64,000 bases of DNA from Bacteroidales bacterium. Lineage in GTDB: Bacteria > Bacteroidota > Bacteroidia > Bacteroidales > WCHB1-69. Positions within the stretch are counted from its first letter, which is position 1, and every line of letters starts with the position of its first letter. Shown piece after piece: positions 7,348 to 15,699 of this stretch. The notes beneath the pieces are model-generated. The model was given only the letters and a program-made list of their open reading frames with translations. It searched no databases and had not been told where the DNA came from. Location of the stretch: assembly GCA_045616665.1 (NCBI GenBank), contig JAZLHE010000036.1:1011-65010 (forward strand), written 5' to 3'. The position numbers and the translations under genes are program-made.

Positions 7348-7366
7348 GATAACATTGAATTAAGTA

Positions 7367-8257
7367 ATGTACTCTCAAACACTTGCACAATCCATCTTAG
7401 GTGAGGACTTCGTTGACCAGCGCACTACCAATTGGGCCGCCCGTCACACCTTCTCCGCCAAAGAAAAGGACACGGAAACTGGCTATAGTTACTTTGGCTC
7501 AAGATATTACAGCTCCGATTTGAGCATTTGGCTAAGTGTAGATCCAATGGCAGCGAAATACCCGAGTTTGAGTCCGTATGTTTACTGTGCGGATAACCCT
7601 GTGAAGTTGGTGGATCCAAATGGGGAAGAGATAGATTGGGTTGAACGAAAAGTGAATGGCATAAAAGAAGTGTTTTACGACAGAACCGTTAAATCCCAAG
7701 CTGACGTAGATAAAAAATATGGAAATAATTATAGAGTAAGACATCTTGCCGATGGATCAAAGGTTGGCAATGGGCAGTACACTGTTTACAACGACCACGT
7801 TAACAATAAAAACGGCGTAGTGAAAGATGCAAACGGTAATGTTCTTAATCCTGACAGAACTATAATATATGGGAATGATTACACACTTTTTGCTGGTGTG
7901 ACCGATGAAAGTGTAGATGCGAAATCTTTACACAATAATATGTTTGGTTCTAGTTATATTGGCGCAGACAATCCCAAAGACTATAAAGGGAAAGACAATT
8001 ATGATTATCAACCCATATGGAGTCCAACAGAAATGGCAGCTTATCTTCATGACAAGGCGTATGATGCAGTTGGAGCCGAAGGTGTGTCAGGAGCACTGTT
8101 GGACCAACGCACAAAATGCGCAGACCAATGTTTAATTTATGAGTGTAAAAAAATTGCAAAAAACCCTAAAATAAACACATCAGAAAGAAGTAGAGCGAGA
8201 AAAATCGCTTTTGGTTTTTCCTGTATAGATTTTATATTTAAAACACCACGTTTTTAA
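7367..8257 (+). CDS. Cassette 4: orphan Rhs core fragment fused to a toxin domain with possible PLA2-like motifs
   Basis: Core HTFSAKEKDTETGYSYFGSRYYSSDLSIWLSVDP...YVYCADNPVKLVDPNGEE (DNA about 7445-7636). The C-terminal domain contains YIGAD (7955-7969) and HDKAY (8048-8062). I saw no separate -7 box, so it is probably co-transcribed with cassette 3. Confidence 0.65.
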   Translation: MYSQTLAQSILGEDFVDQRTTNWAARHTFSAKEKDTETGYSYFGSRYYSSDLSIWLSVDPMAAKYPSLSPYVYCADNPVKLVDPNGEEIDWVERKVNGIKEVFYDRTVKSQADVDKKYGNNYRVRHLADGSKVGNGQYTVYNDHVNNKNGVVKDANGNVLNPDRTIIYGNDYTLFAGVTDESVDAKSLHNNMFGSSYIGADNPKDYKGKDNYDYQPIWSPTEMAAYLHDKAYDAVGAEGVSGALLDQRTKCADQCLIYECKKIAKNPKINTSERSRARKIAFGFSCIDFIFKTPRF

Positions 8258-8265
8258 AAAGCAGT

Positions 8266-8826
8266 ATGAAAACAATGGGATACTTGAATAAATCGATTAA
8301 GTTTGTTTTTTATATTGTTATTGTCGGAACATTGCTATATGTAGTGTGGGCCTGTTTTTTTGTCGCCACTTTTCATGGAGACACATACGGTAAATCGGAA
8401 GCATACGTAATTGATATTAATACAAATACGAGTGATAGACCCCTTAATTCTGCTGACATCCTTGATTTATTATATGGTTTTCAGTCTTCGCATCCTCAAT
8501 TTAAATTAATGGACACAGATACACAAGGGAATATATATCATAACTTTTCAGATAAAATAGATAACCGAAACGATCAATATTTGGTTTTCTTCTATATGAA
8601 GGATATTAATTTAACATTCTCTTGTGTAACTGAAGTTACTTCTAAAAATCATCCTTTAATAAAATTGTATGCCATTAATGAAGGGTCTGTGTTTCGTCAT
8701 TGGGAGAGAATTAACAACTACAAGGAAATATCCCGTAAAAAAAACAAAATAATTAAGAAGAAGTTTGAAACTGAAATTCTTAATAACTTAGGAGTGAAAT
8801 GGAGACATAAACGGTTTTGGGATTAA
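8266..8826 (+). CDS. Cassette 4 putative immunity protein (N-terminal membrane anchor)
   Basis: The ATG is 9 nt after the toxin stop. The N-terminal hydrophobic helix is FVFYIVIVGTLLYVVWACFFVATF. Confidence 0.5.
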   Translation: MKTMGYLNKSIKFVFYIVIVGTLLYVVWACFFVATFHGDTYGKSEAYVIDINTNTSDRPLNSADILDLLYGFQSSHPQFKLMDTDTQGNIYHNFSDKIDNRNDQYLVFFYMKDINLTFSCVTEVTSKNHPLIKLYAINEGSVFRHWERINNYKEISRKKNKIIKKKFETEILNNLGVKWRHKRFWD

Positions 8827-8889
8827 TATAGCAGGGAGTTTTCAAAAATCTGTGTCACATGTTAAAATATCACCCTCCAAATTTAAACC

Positions 8890-8983
8890 AACCGCCCCAA
8901 ACCACAGTCATTATAAAAAATAGCGTTTAAATTTTCGGTGGATGGCTTGGATTTCAAAACTTTTCCGTAAGTTTGCACATCCA
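8890..8983 (+). repeat. Direct repeat copy B (partner at 4270-4366), carries the murF/alr promoter
   Basis: See copy A. The -7 box TAAGTTTG is at 8968-8975. Confidence 0.85.
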
Positions 8984-8997
8984 TATTATTGACGACA

Positions 8998-11460
8998 ATG
9001 CTTACCATTTCACAAATAAAAGACATCTGCCAACCATTGGCCAGTCGATTAAATGCAGACAATACCGAAATCGAATACCTGGCTTTTGACAGCCGCAATA
9101 TCGCGGTTCCTTCAAAAACCCTCTTTTTTGCTATCACCACCTCAAAAAATGACGGCCATCATTATATTGGCGAACTGATTCAAAAGGGTGTGCGAAATTT
9201 CATTGTTACACGGACTATCGAGCAATTTGCCCAATATCCCGAAACATCCTTTATCCAGGTAAAGGACGCGGTACGCGCATTGCAGGACATTGCGGCTCAT
9301 CATCGACAGCAATTTGCCTATCCCGTAGTGGGCATCACCGGAAGTAACGGCAAAACCATCGTCAAAGAATGGTTGAGCCAAATGCTCGTACCGGAATATC
9401 ACGTGGTCAAGAATCCTAACAGCTACAATTCACAAATCGGTGTTCCGCTTTCAGTATGGCAAATGAATGAACGGCATAATCTGGCAATCTTTGAAGCCGG
9501 TATTTCAAAACCCGGCGAAATGGAAAAGATTGCCGAGGTCATCAAACCGACTATCGGTATATTGACCAATATTGGGGCGGCTCACGACGGATTTTTCCAA
9601 AATAAAGAGGAAAAACTGATTGAAAAGGCCAAATTGTTCAATCATTGTCATACAATTATCTATAATGCTGATAATCAAATGATTGATAATTTTTTCAGTC
9701 TAAACGACCTTTTTCGTAATCGTACAATTTCTTGGGGGAAAAAGGACGGGGCTGATTTTCACATAGACTTTGTCAACCATACCGATTTCCATACGATGGT
9801 GTCGCTCAATCAGCAACTCATCGACATTCCTTTTAGCGACGCGGGTTCCGTCGAGAACGCCCTGCATGCGTCAGTTTTGTTGCTGCACTTGGGCTTTTCC
9901 GCTTCACAAATCAATCAAAAACTGGCCCAGTTGTCTCCTGTTTCGATGCGTATGGAAATGAAGGAGGGTATTCAGAACTCAGTCATTATCAACGATACTT
10001 ATAGCCTGGATATGAGTTCCTTGCGTATTGCCCTGGACTTTATGAATGCCCAAACGCAACTCGTTAGGAAGACTGTCATCATTTCTGATTTTGAACAGGC
10101 GGGAAATTTCAACGAGGCTGATTATCAGTCTATCTATAATCTATTGATTCATAAAGGAATTACTAGACTGATTGCGGTAGGAAGAAACTTTTGCGCACAT
10201 CGGTCCGCTTTTCACTTCGCGGAACAAAGCTTTTATCAAAATACCAGCGACCTTTTAAGTAATTTGCATCAGGAGCCGTTCAAGCAGGAAGTGATTTTGG
10301 TTAAGGGGGCGCGCAGTTACCAATTTGAGCAAGTGGTGGAGGCATTGCAATATAAGACGCACCGGACAGTCTTGAACGTGAGTTTGCCGGCTCTCGTCAA
10401 TAATCTAAACTACTATCGTTCGTTGTTGCAGCCCAACACCAAGATGGTGGCTATGGTGAAAGCGCAATCTTACGGTTTAGGCGATGCCGAACTGATTAAT
10501 GAATTGATATACCATAATATAGATTATCTGGCCGTGGCTTATACCGACGAGGGGGTTCGTCTGCGCAAGCGAAACATCAATCGTCCGATTATCGTGCTGG
10601 GTGCCGAAGCGCATAGTTTCGAGGCCATGATCAACTATAATTTGGAACCTGAAATATTTAACTTCCATTATCTTCATAAATTGGCGGAATTGCTCAAACT
10701 GCATCCTGAAATTCAGTCATTCAATATTCATATTAAATTGGATACCGGAATGCACCGCTTGGGTTTTGACGAACAGGATTTACCATCGTTGGCCGCACTG
10801 ATTAAGCTGCATCCGAAATTGAGAATTTGCTCTATTTTCTCTCACTTAGCTGCAGCCGAAGATCCTGACGAAGACGAGTTTACCCGCCATCAAATCTCAT
10901 TGTTTGATAAAATGAGCAATTATCTGACGACCCAATTCGATTATCCTATTCTTCGACATATTTTGAATTCCGCCGGCATTTCCCGTTTTCCGGAAGCCCA
11001 GTTTGACATGGTTCGTTTAGGAATAGGCCTCTACGGATTTTCGTCAGTGCCACAAGATAAAAAACACTTGCAAAATTCCGTCACCTTGAAAACTGTCGTT
11101 ACGCAAGTCAAGAAAATACCCGCAAACGAAACCATTGGCTACAACCGCGCTTATAAAACCTATCAAGAAAGTCAAATTGCCATTGTCCCGATTGGCTATG
11201 CCGACGGATTCCCCCGCGAACTGGGAAATGGAATTGGAAAAGTATTTATCGCCGGTCATTTAGTGCCCATTGTGGGCAAAATCTGTATGGATATGTGTAT
11301 GGTTGACGTTTCCGGACTTTCTGTACAAGAAGGCGACGAAGTCATTATCTACGGAGATGTCAATCCCGTGGACAAAGTGGCTTCTTCCATCCACCGAATA
11401 CCATACGAATTACTTACCTCTATTTCCAAACGAGTACAGCGAATCTATATTAAAGACTAA
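8998..11460 (+). CDS. murF/alr: Bifunctional UDP-N-acetylmuramoyl-tripeptide--D-alanyl-D-alanine ligase / alanine racemase
   Basis: The N-terminal Mur ligase part has VVGITGSNGKT and GMEKIAEV..GILTNIGAAH. The C-terminal racemase part has MVAMVKAQSYGLGD (PLP-Lys context) and IGYADGFPR. The TTG at 8989 is an alternative start, but ATG 8998 fits the -7 box at 8968-8975 better. Confidence 0.9.
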   Translation: MLTISQIKDICQPLASRLNADNTEIEYLAFDSRNIAVPSKTLFFAITTSKNDGHHYIGELIQKGVRNFIVTRTIEQFAQYPETSFIQVKDAVRALQDIAAHHRQQFAYPVVGITGSNGKTIVKEWLSQMLVPEYHVVKNPNSYNSQIGVPLSVWQMNERHNLAIFEAGISKPGEMEKIAEVIKPTIGILTNIGAAHDGFFQNKEEKLIEKAKLFNHCHTIIYNADNQMIDNFFSLNDLFRNRTISWGKKDGADFHIDFVNHTDFHTMVSLNQQLIDIPFSDAGSVENALHASVLLLHLGFSASQINQKLAQLSPVSMRMEMKEGIQNSVIINDTYSLDMSSLRIALDFMNAQTQLVRKTVIISDFEQAGNFNEADYQSIYNLLIHKGITRLIAVGRNFCAHRSAFHFAEQSFYQNTSDLLSNLHQEPFKQEVILVKGARSYQFEQVVEALQYKTHRTVLNVSLPALVNNLNYYRSLLQPNTKMVAMVKAQSYGLGDAELINELIYHNIDYLAVAYTDEGVRLRKRNINRPIIVLGAEAHSFEAMINYNLEPEIFNFHYLHKLAELLKLHPEIQSFNIHIKLDTGMHRLGFDEQDLPSLAALIKLHPKLRICSIFSHLAAAEDPDEDEFTRHQISLFDKMSNYLTTQFDYPILRHILNSAGISRFPEAQFDMVRLGIGLYGFSSVPQDKKHLQNSVTLKTVVTQVKKIPANETIGYNRAYKTYQESQIAIVPIGYADGFPRELGNGIGKVFIAGHLVPIVGKICMDMCMVDVSGLSVQEGDEVIIYGDVNPVDKVASSIHRIPYELLTSISKRVQRIYIKD

Positions 11461-12324
11461 CTATAGGTAGAACTTCAAATTACGTGCTTTCGCTTCCTGT
11501 TTGAGACGCTTCAAGGCACGTTCCTTCAATTGACGCACACGTTCTCGAGACAAACCCACCGTATCACCGATTTCATCTAAGGTATATTCGTGATTAACCC
11601 CTATTCCAAAGAATAACCTGATAATCTCGCTTTCTTTGTCATTCAATGCTTTTTTCAATATCTCGTTAATTTCAGAAGAAAGGGATTCGCTAATCAGTTT
11701 GTCATCCGTATCTTTTTCATTATTATATATAAATGTATCTGAAAACTTCGTGTCGTCATCGGGAGACACTGGCGAATCCATTGACTGCGGATGGTTATTG
11801 ATTTTCAGAATTTCATTCACCTTTTCAATCGGCAAATCCATTGCTTCAGCCACTTCCTCATTGGTAGGAGTACGTTGAAAAACCTGCTCCAAACGAGCCA
11901 TTTCCTTTTTCATTTTATTAATCGTACCCACTTGATTCAACGGCAATCGAACAATACGCGACTGGTCGGCAATAGCTTGGCAGATGGCCTGACGAATCCA
12001 CCATACCGCGTATGAAATAAACTTGAAACCACGGGTTTCATCAAAACGCTTGGCAGCCTTAATCAAACCAATATTGCCTTCATTAATTAAATCCGGCAAA
12101 GTAATCCCCTGGTTCTGATACTGCTTGGCCACGGAAACCACGAAACGCAAATTGGCCTTCGTCAACTTATCCAACGCCTCTTGGTCACCCATTCTAATGC
12201 GCCGTGCCAATTCCACCTCTTCTTCGGCAGTAATCATTTGTTCTTTACCAATATCTGCCAAAAAACGATCCAACGAAGCCGTTTCCCTATTGGTAATGGA
12301 TTTTGAAATTTTTAATTGTCTCAT
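11461..12324 (-). CDS. rpoD: RNA polymerase primary sigma factor (sigma-A, Bacteroidota short form)
   Basis: Region 2 ([30 protein letters not shown]), region 3 and region 4 ([25 protein letters not shown]). Confidence 0.95.
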   Translation of the reverse strand: MRQLKISKSITNRETASLDRFLADIGKEQMITAEEEVELARRIRMGDQEALDKLTKANLRFVVSVAKQYQNQGITLPDLINEGNIGLIKAAKRFDETRGFKFISYAVWWIRQAICQAIADQSRIVRLPLNQVGTINKMKKEMARLEQVFQRTPTNEEVAEAMDLPIEKVNEILKINNHPQSMDSPVSPDDDTKFSDTFIYNNEKDTDDKLISESLSSEINEILKKALNDKESEIIRLFFGIGVNHEYTLDEIGDTVGLSRERVRQLKERALKRLKQEAKARNLKFYL

Positions 12325-12348
12325 ATAGAGTATTTTAATTGTTCATAA

Positions 12349-13761
12349 TTAAGATAATTGAATTGTATAAGTGTACTTATAATAACCATTATCATAGACT
12401 CCTTCTATAGAAATGAATTTTTCCTTGTTATTCAGCAAGAACTTATTTAGATCTTCTTTATTAGAAATAATACGATTATTAATAATAGTTATAACAAAAC
12501 CTTTTTTCACGCCGGCCTGCTTAAGCAAACCTTCTCCCACCTCAGTCACTTTCACACCGCCCGTGATGCGATAGTAATTCAAATCACGCTTACTAAGGTC
12601 GCCGTATGTTCCTCCCAAAACGTTTTCCGCATTGAAGGATGATGGCGTAATAATGCCGGTATCTCCATTACGATTAAGCAACTGAACATATTTTACGTCT
12701 TCATTTCCTAAATGAAGAATCGTTAATTTGACCGTTTCACCAGGAGAACTTTGCATTAATATTTCGCGCAATTCGGAAGAAGAATTCACCTTTATATCAT
12801 TGATTGCCAAAATGACATCTTCTTCTGACAAACCATTTTTTCGGGCTGCTCCATCCTCATTAATTTGAGCCACCAACACGCCATTCATATTAGGCAACTG
12901 CATTTCTGAGGCTTTTTGAGGAGTGATATCCATAATGGAAACCCCTATAAAAGCCCGCTGAACCACTCCATATTCCCTTAAATCGTGGGCCACCTTTCGG
13001 ACCACGTTGGAAGGTATGGCAAAAGAATAACCCGTATAATAGCCGTTGCCGGAAGCGATGGCAGAATTTATCCCTATCAATTCTCCACGGGCATTGACCA
13101 ATGCGCCACCACTATTGCCCTGATTCACTGCGGCATCGGTCTGGATAAATGACTCGATATTGGCGTTATCGTCCAATATACTCAGGTTACGGGCCTTGGC
13201 ACTCACGATACCGGCAGTCACGGTAGAAGTAAGATTGAATGGATTTCCCACTGCCAACACCCATTCTCCGATACGAACCTCATCAGAATTTCCGAATATC
13301 AAATAAGGGAAATTATCACCTTCTATCTTAATAAGTGCCAAATCGGCTTCGGCATCCGTTCCAACAATCGTTGCCGAAAATTCTCGCTTGTCATTTAACG
13401 TGACGGTTATTTTTTCGGCGTCTTCCACCACGTGATTATTGGTGATGATATAGCCATCTCCCGAAATAATCACTCCGGATCCGGCTGCCACCACCGGATA
13501 CTCGCTGGGACGATCAATGCCAAAAAAATGCTCCCAAAAAGAACCGCTGAAATAACTATCCCAAGCTGAATTTTTCTGAATAAACTCCGTTTTTATGTGA
13601 ACAACAGCCTGTACAGAATGCTCCGCGGCCTCCGTTAAGTCCACATATTGAAAATTTTTGGAAGAATTTGAAGTAATTTTACCATTGTCACTTTGGGCAA
13701 AAATGCACCCCATGGAAAATAGTAAAACACTGATTAATAGTACTTTTTGATTTTTTTTCAT
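12349..13761 (-). CDS. htrA: Do/DegP/HtrA-family periplasmic serine endopeptidase with PDZ domains
   Basis: Catalytic triad contexts TNNHVV, DLALIK and GNSGGAL. The signal peptide is MKKNQKVLLISVLLFSMGCIFAQ, using the internal ATG at 13761. Confidence 0.9.
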   Translation of the reverse strand: MKKNQKVLLISVLLFSMGCIFAQSDNGKITSNSSKNFQYVDLTEAAEHSVQAVVHIKTEFIQKNSAWDSYFSGSFWEHFFGIDRPSEYPVVAAGSGVIISGDGYIITNNHVVEDAEKITVTLNDKREFSATIVGTDAEADLALIKIEGDNFPYLIFGNSDEVRIGEWVLAVGNPFNLTSTVTAGIVSAKARNLSILDDNANIESFIQTDAAVNQGNSGGALVNARGELIGINSAIASGNGYYTGYSFAIPSNVVRKVAHDLREYGVVQRAFIGVSIMDITPQKASEMQLPNMNGVLVAQINEDGAARKNGLSEEDVILAINDIKVNSSSELREILMQSSPGETVKLTILHLGNEDVKYVQLLNRNGDTGIITPSSFNAENVLGGTYGDLSKRDLNYYRITGGVKVTEVGEGLLKQAGVKKGFVITIINNRIISNKEDLNKFLLNNKEKFISIEGVYDNGYYKYTYTIQLS

Positions 13762-13869
13762 GGTTTTACGCTCCTTAATAAACAACATAGTAATAATATT
13801 AGACTAATGTAAAACGCATTAGTTTAATAAAAAGTATAAATATTTTGGCGATTGTATTATTTTTTTTTA

Positions 13870-13877
13870 TATTTTTG
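13870..13877 (+). promoter_or_regulatory. Putative -7 box (TATTTTTG) for rplU-rpmA
   Basis: Matches TAnnTTTG, about 40 nt upstream of ATG 13917. Confidence 0.5.
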
Positions 13878-13916
13878 CAACCCAAAAAATTATTAACCAA
13901 AAAAAAATCAATCACA

Positions 13917-14228
13917 ATGTACGCAATCGTAGAAATAGCAGGGCAACAATTTAAGATTGAACAAGGCCGCAAGGTTTATGTTCACCGCCTCAAAGCTGAA
14001 GAAGGTTCGCAAGTAAAATTCGACCGCGTAATGCTCGTTGATAATGACGGTGCCGTAAAAGTTGGTACTCCCACCGTTGATGGTGCAGAAGTAACCGCTA
14101 CCGTTGTTAACCACATTAAAGGCGACAAAGTTCTTGTTTTCAAGAAGAAAAGAAGAAAAGGTTATCAAAAGATGAATGGTCATCGTCAATATTTGACCAC
14201 TTTGAAGATTGATTCTATCAACTTCTAA
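13917..14228 (+). CDS. rplU: 50S ribosomal protein L21
   Basis: [25 protein letters not shown]...GHRQYLT. The internal ATG at 13917 was chosen because the upstream extension runs through the promoter. Confidence 0.95.
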   Translation: MYAIVEIAGQQFKIEQGRKVYVHRLKAEEGSQVKFDRVMLVDNDGAVKVGTPTVDGAEVTATVVNHIKGDKVLVFKKKRRKGYQKMNGHRQYLTTLKIDSINF

Positions 14229-14258
14229 TTTAGTATTAACGAATAAAAATTATTAGAT

Positions 14259-14522
14259 ATGGCTCATAAAAAAGGTGTCGGTAGTTCTCAGAACGGTCGT
14301 GAATCTCACAGCAAGCGCTTAGGCGTTAAGATTTTTGGCGGTCAAGTTGCCAAAGCCGGTAACATCATTATTCGTCAAAGAGGTACAGTTCACAATCCTG
14401 GTTTGAATGTTGGTATGGGTAAAGATCATACCTTATTTGCATTGATTGACGGAACCGTTATTTTCAAAAAAGGTAGAAAAGGAAGATCTTATGTTTCTGT
14501 GCAACCAATTGCAGAAGCATAA
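14259..14522 (+). CDS. rpmA: 50S ribosomal protein L27
   Basis: [29 protein letters not shown]...IIIRQRGT. Confidence 0.95.
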   Translation: MAHKKGVGSSQNGRESHSKRLGVKIFGGQVAKAGNIIIRQRGTVHNPGLNVGMGKDHTLFALIDGTVIFKKGRKGRSYVSVQPIAEA

Positions 14523-14549
14523 TTTTTTGTTCATAATGTTTGATTGGAT

Positions 14550-14579
14550 GGCCCGGCTCCCCGCTGGGCCGTTTTTTTT
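14550..14579 (+). terminator. Rho-independent terminator after rpmA
   Basis: GGCCCGGCTCCCCGCTGGGCC hairpin followed by a T8 run. It overlaps the 3' end of the convergent rseC-like gene. Confidence 0.7.
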
Positions 14580-15000
14580 ATTCTTTCTTTACCACATAAA
14601 ACACAAAATCATTCGTAAGTTTGCGATCCAATTTTTTGACAACCAAATAATATATTGCGGTTAGGGCCAATGCCACTATCACACTCAGCCAATCAATACG
14701 AGTGAGCGCGTAGCAGACAAACAAAGCAAGGAGCAAAACCACACACGGCAAGCCGTAGCCCAACAGTACTGCCTTTCGGGCAAGATGCTGCTTCATTTGC
14801 AAATTTACCGATTCTCCAATTTGGAAAACTTCTCCAGAAATATTTTGAGCTTCTACGAGTTCATTTTTCTTTTCAGTAATATTACATAAACTTTTCGCCG
14901 CACATCCACCACAGGCCGAACTCACTACAATTTCTACCCAAATATGATCTCCCTGTATTTTACGAACAATCCCTTCTTTACAAACTTGGTCTTCCATCAT
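14578..15000 (-). CDS. RseC/MucC-family (SoxR-reducing system) membrane protein
   Basis: N-terminal ACGGCAAKSLC motif, then two hydrophobic helices, with the small size typical of the RseC family. Confidence 0.7.
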   Translation of the reverse strand: MMEDQVCKEGIVRKIQGDHIWVEIVVSSACGGCAAKSLCNITEKKNELVEAQNISGEVFQIGESVNLQMKQHLARKAVLLGYGLPCVVLLLALFVCYALTRIDWLSVIVALALTAIYYLVVKKLDRKLTNDFVFYVVKKE

Positions 15001-15131
15001 TCATTTTTTTTGCAAAGATACACGATTTAATCATTTTTAACTTGATTAATTTTCAATGAATGATTTTTTTTTGTAATTTTGCCGAATATTGTAATCAACA
15101 TTAATATTTATCAATCAAAAAAAAAACAATT

Positions 15132-15341
15132 ATGAAAAAAGCATTATGTGTTTTAGCAGCTGTAGCTATGGTAGCTGTTTTTGCAACTTCTTGCAACAAA
15201 ACTTGTACTTGTGAAACTTATTTAAATGGCAAAGTCGTATCAAGTACAACAATGGAAAATCCTGATAAAAAACAGAAATGTAGCGATTACACTACCGCTA
15301 TTACTGTTGGAAATGTTACAGAAGGCGTAGTTTGCAAATAA
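15132..15341 (+). CDS. Small Cys-rich lipoprotein, unknown function
   Basis: MKKALCVLAAVAMVAVFATSC lipobox. A -7 box, TAATTTTG, lies upstream at about 15073-15083. Confidence 0.6.
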   Translation: MKKALCVLAAVAMVAVFATSCNKTCTCETYLNGKVVSSTTMENPDKKQKCSDYTTAITVGNVTEGVVCK

Positions 15342-15364
15342 TCTTAACACATTATTTTTCAAAA

Positions 15365-15397
15365 GCGAGGTGGCCTGATGACCACCTCGCTTTTTTT
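15365..15397 (+). terminator. Rho-independent terminator
   Basis: GCGAGGTGG-CCTGATGA-CCACCTCGC followed by T7. Confidence 0.8.
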
Positions 15398-15449
15398 AAT
15401 CTACAAACTGAATTCCAATCTCCATTTTAGGTAATTTATCAATTTTTTT

Positions 15450-15640
15450 TCGGAATTATCCAGTTTAGTCTTGTAAAGATTTATCTTTCGTTTTTTCTTT
15501 ATCGTTACTTTTTTAATAACCCAAAGAAAGGTTTTTCTATGCCGGCTTAGGTCTTTGGCTACTTTTATTCTGATAGAAAAGTGGCGAAAAATAATTAATA
15601 AAAAATTGCAACTCTGCAAGACGGCCGACGATAATTCCGA
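15450..15640 (+). repeat. Structured intergenic repeat, copy 1 (MITE-like, or an sRNA gene)
   Basis: The termini are an inverted repeat, TCGGAATTATC...GATAATTCCGA. Blocks shared with copy 2 (43990-44208): TCTTGTAAA, ATAACCCAAAGAAAGGTTTTTC (22 nt identical), GCCGGCTT, CTACTTTT..AGAAAAGT hairpin, TGCAAGACGG. Confidence 0.7.
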
Positions 15641-15649
15641 TTTTTTTTA

Positions 15650-15657
15650 TATTTTTG
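15650..15657 (+). promoter_or_regulatory. Putative -7 box (TATTTTTG)
   Basis: About 40 nt upstream of ATG 15700, immediately after repeat copy 1. Confidence 0.45.
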
Positions 15658-15699
15658 CAGTGACTTATTCGGTACTTTTCATTAAATAATTTATAAGTT

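Larger units (their letters stand above)
1314..8983. mobile_element. Recombinase-associated array of orphan Rhs-tip toxin / immunity cassettes (integron-like, rAID-like islet)
   Basis: An integrase is followed by four toxin-tip plus immunity modules. The modules share a DNA-conserved segment of about 190 nt encoding the Rhs core. The array is bounded by a duplicated promoter-containing repeat (4270-4366 and 8890-8983) just upstream of murF/alr. Confidence 0.6.

Noticed and set aside
8883-9140. 85-aa minus-strand ORF spanning repeat copy B and the murF/alr start
   Set aside because: It runs antisense through a promoter and repeat and into the 5' end of an essential gene. It has no start context or promoter box, and the matching region at copy A has no equivalent ORF.
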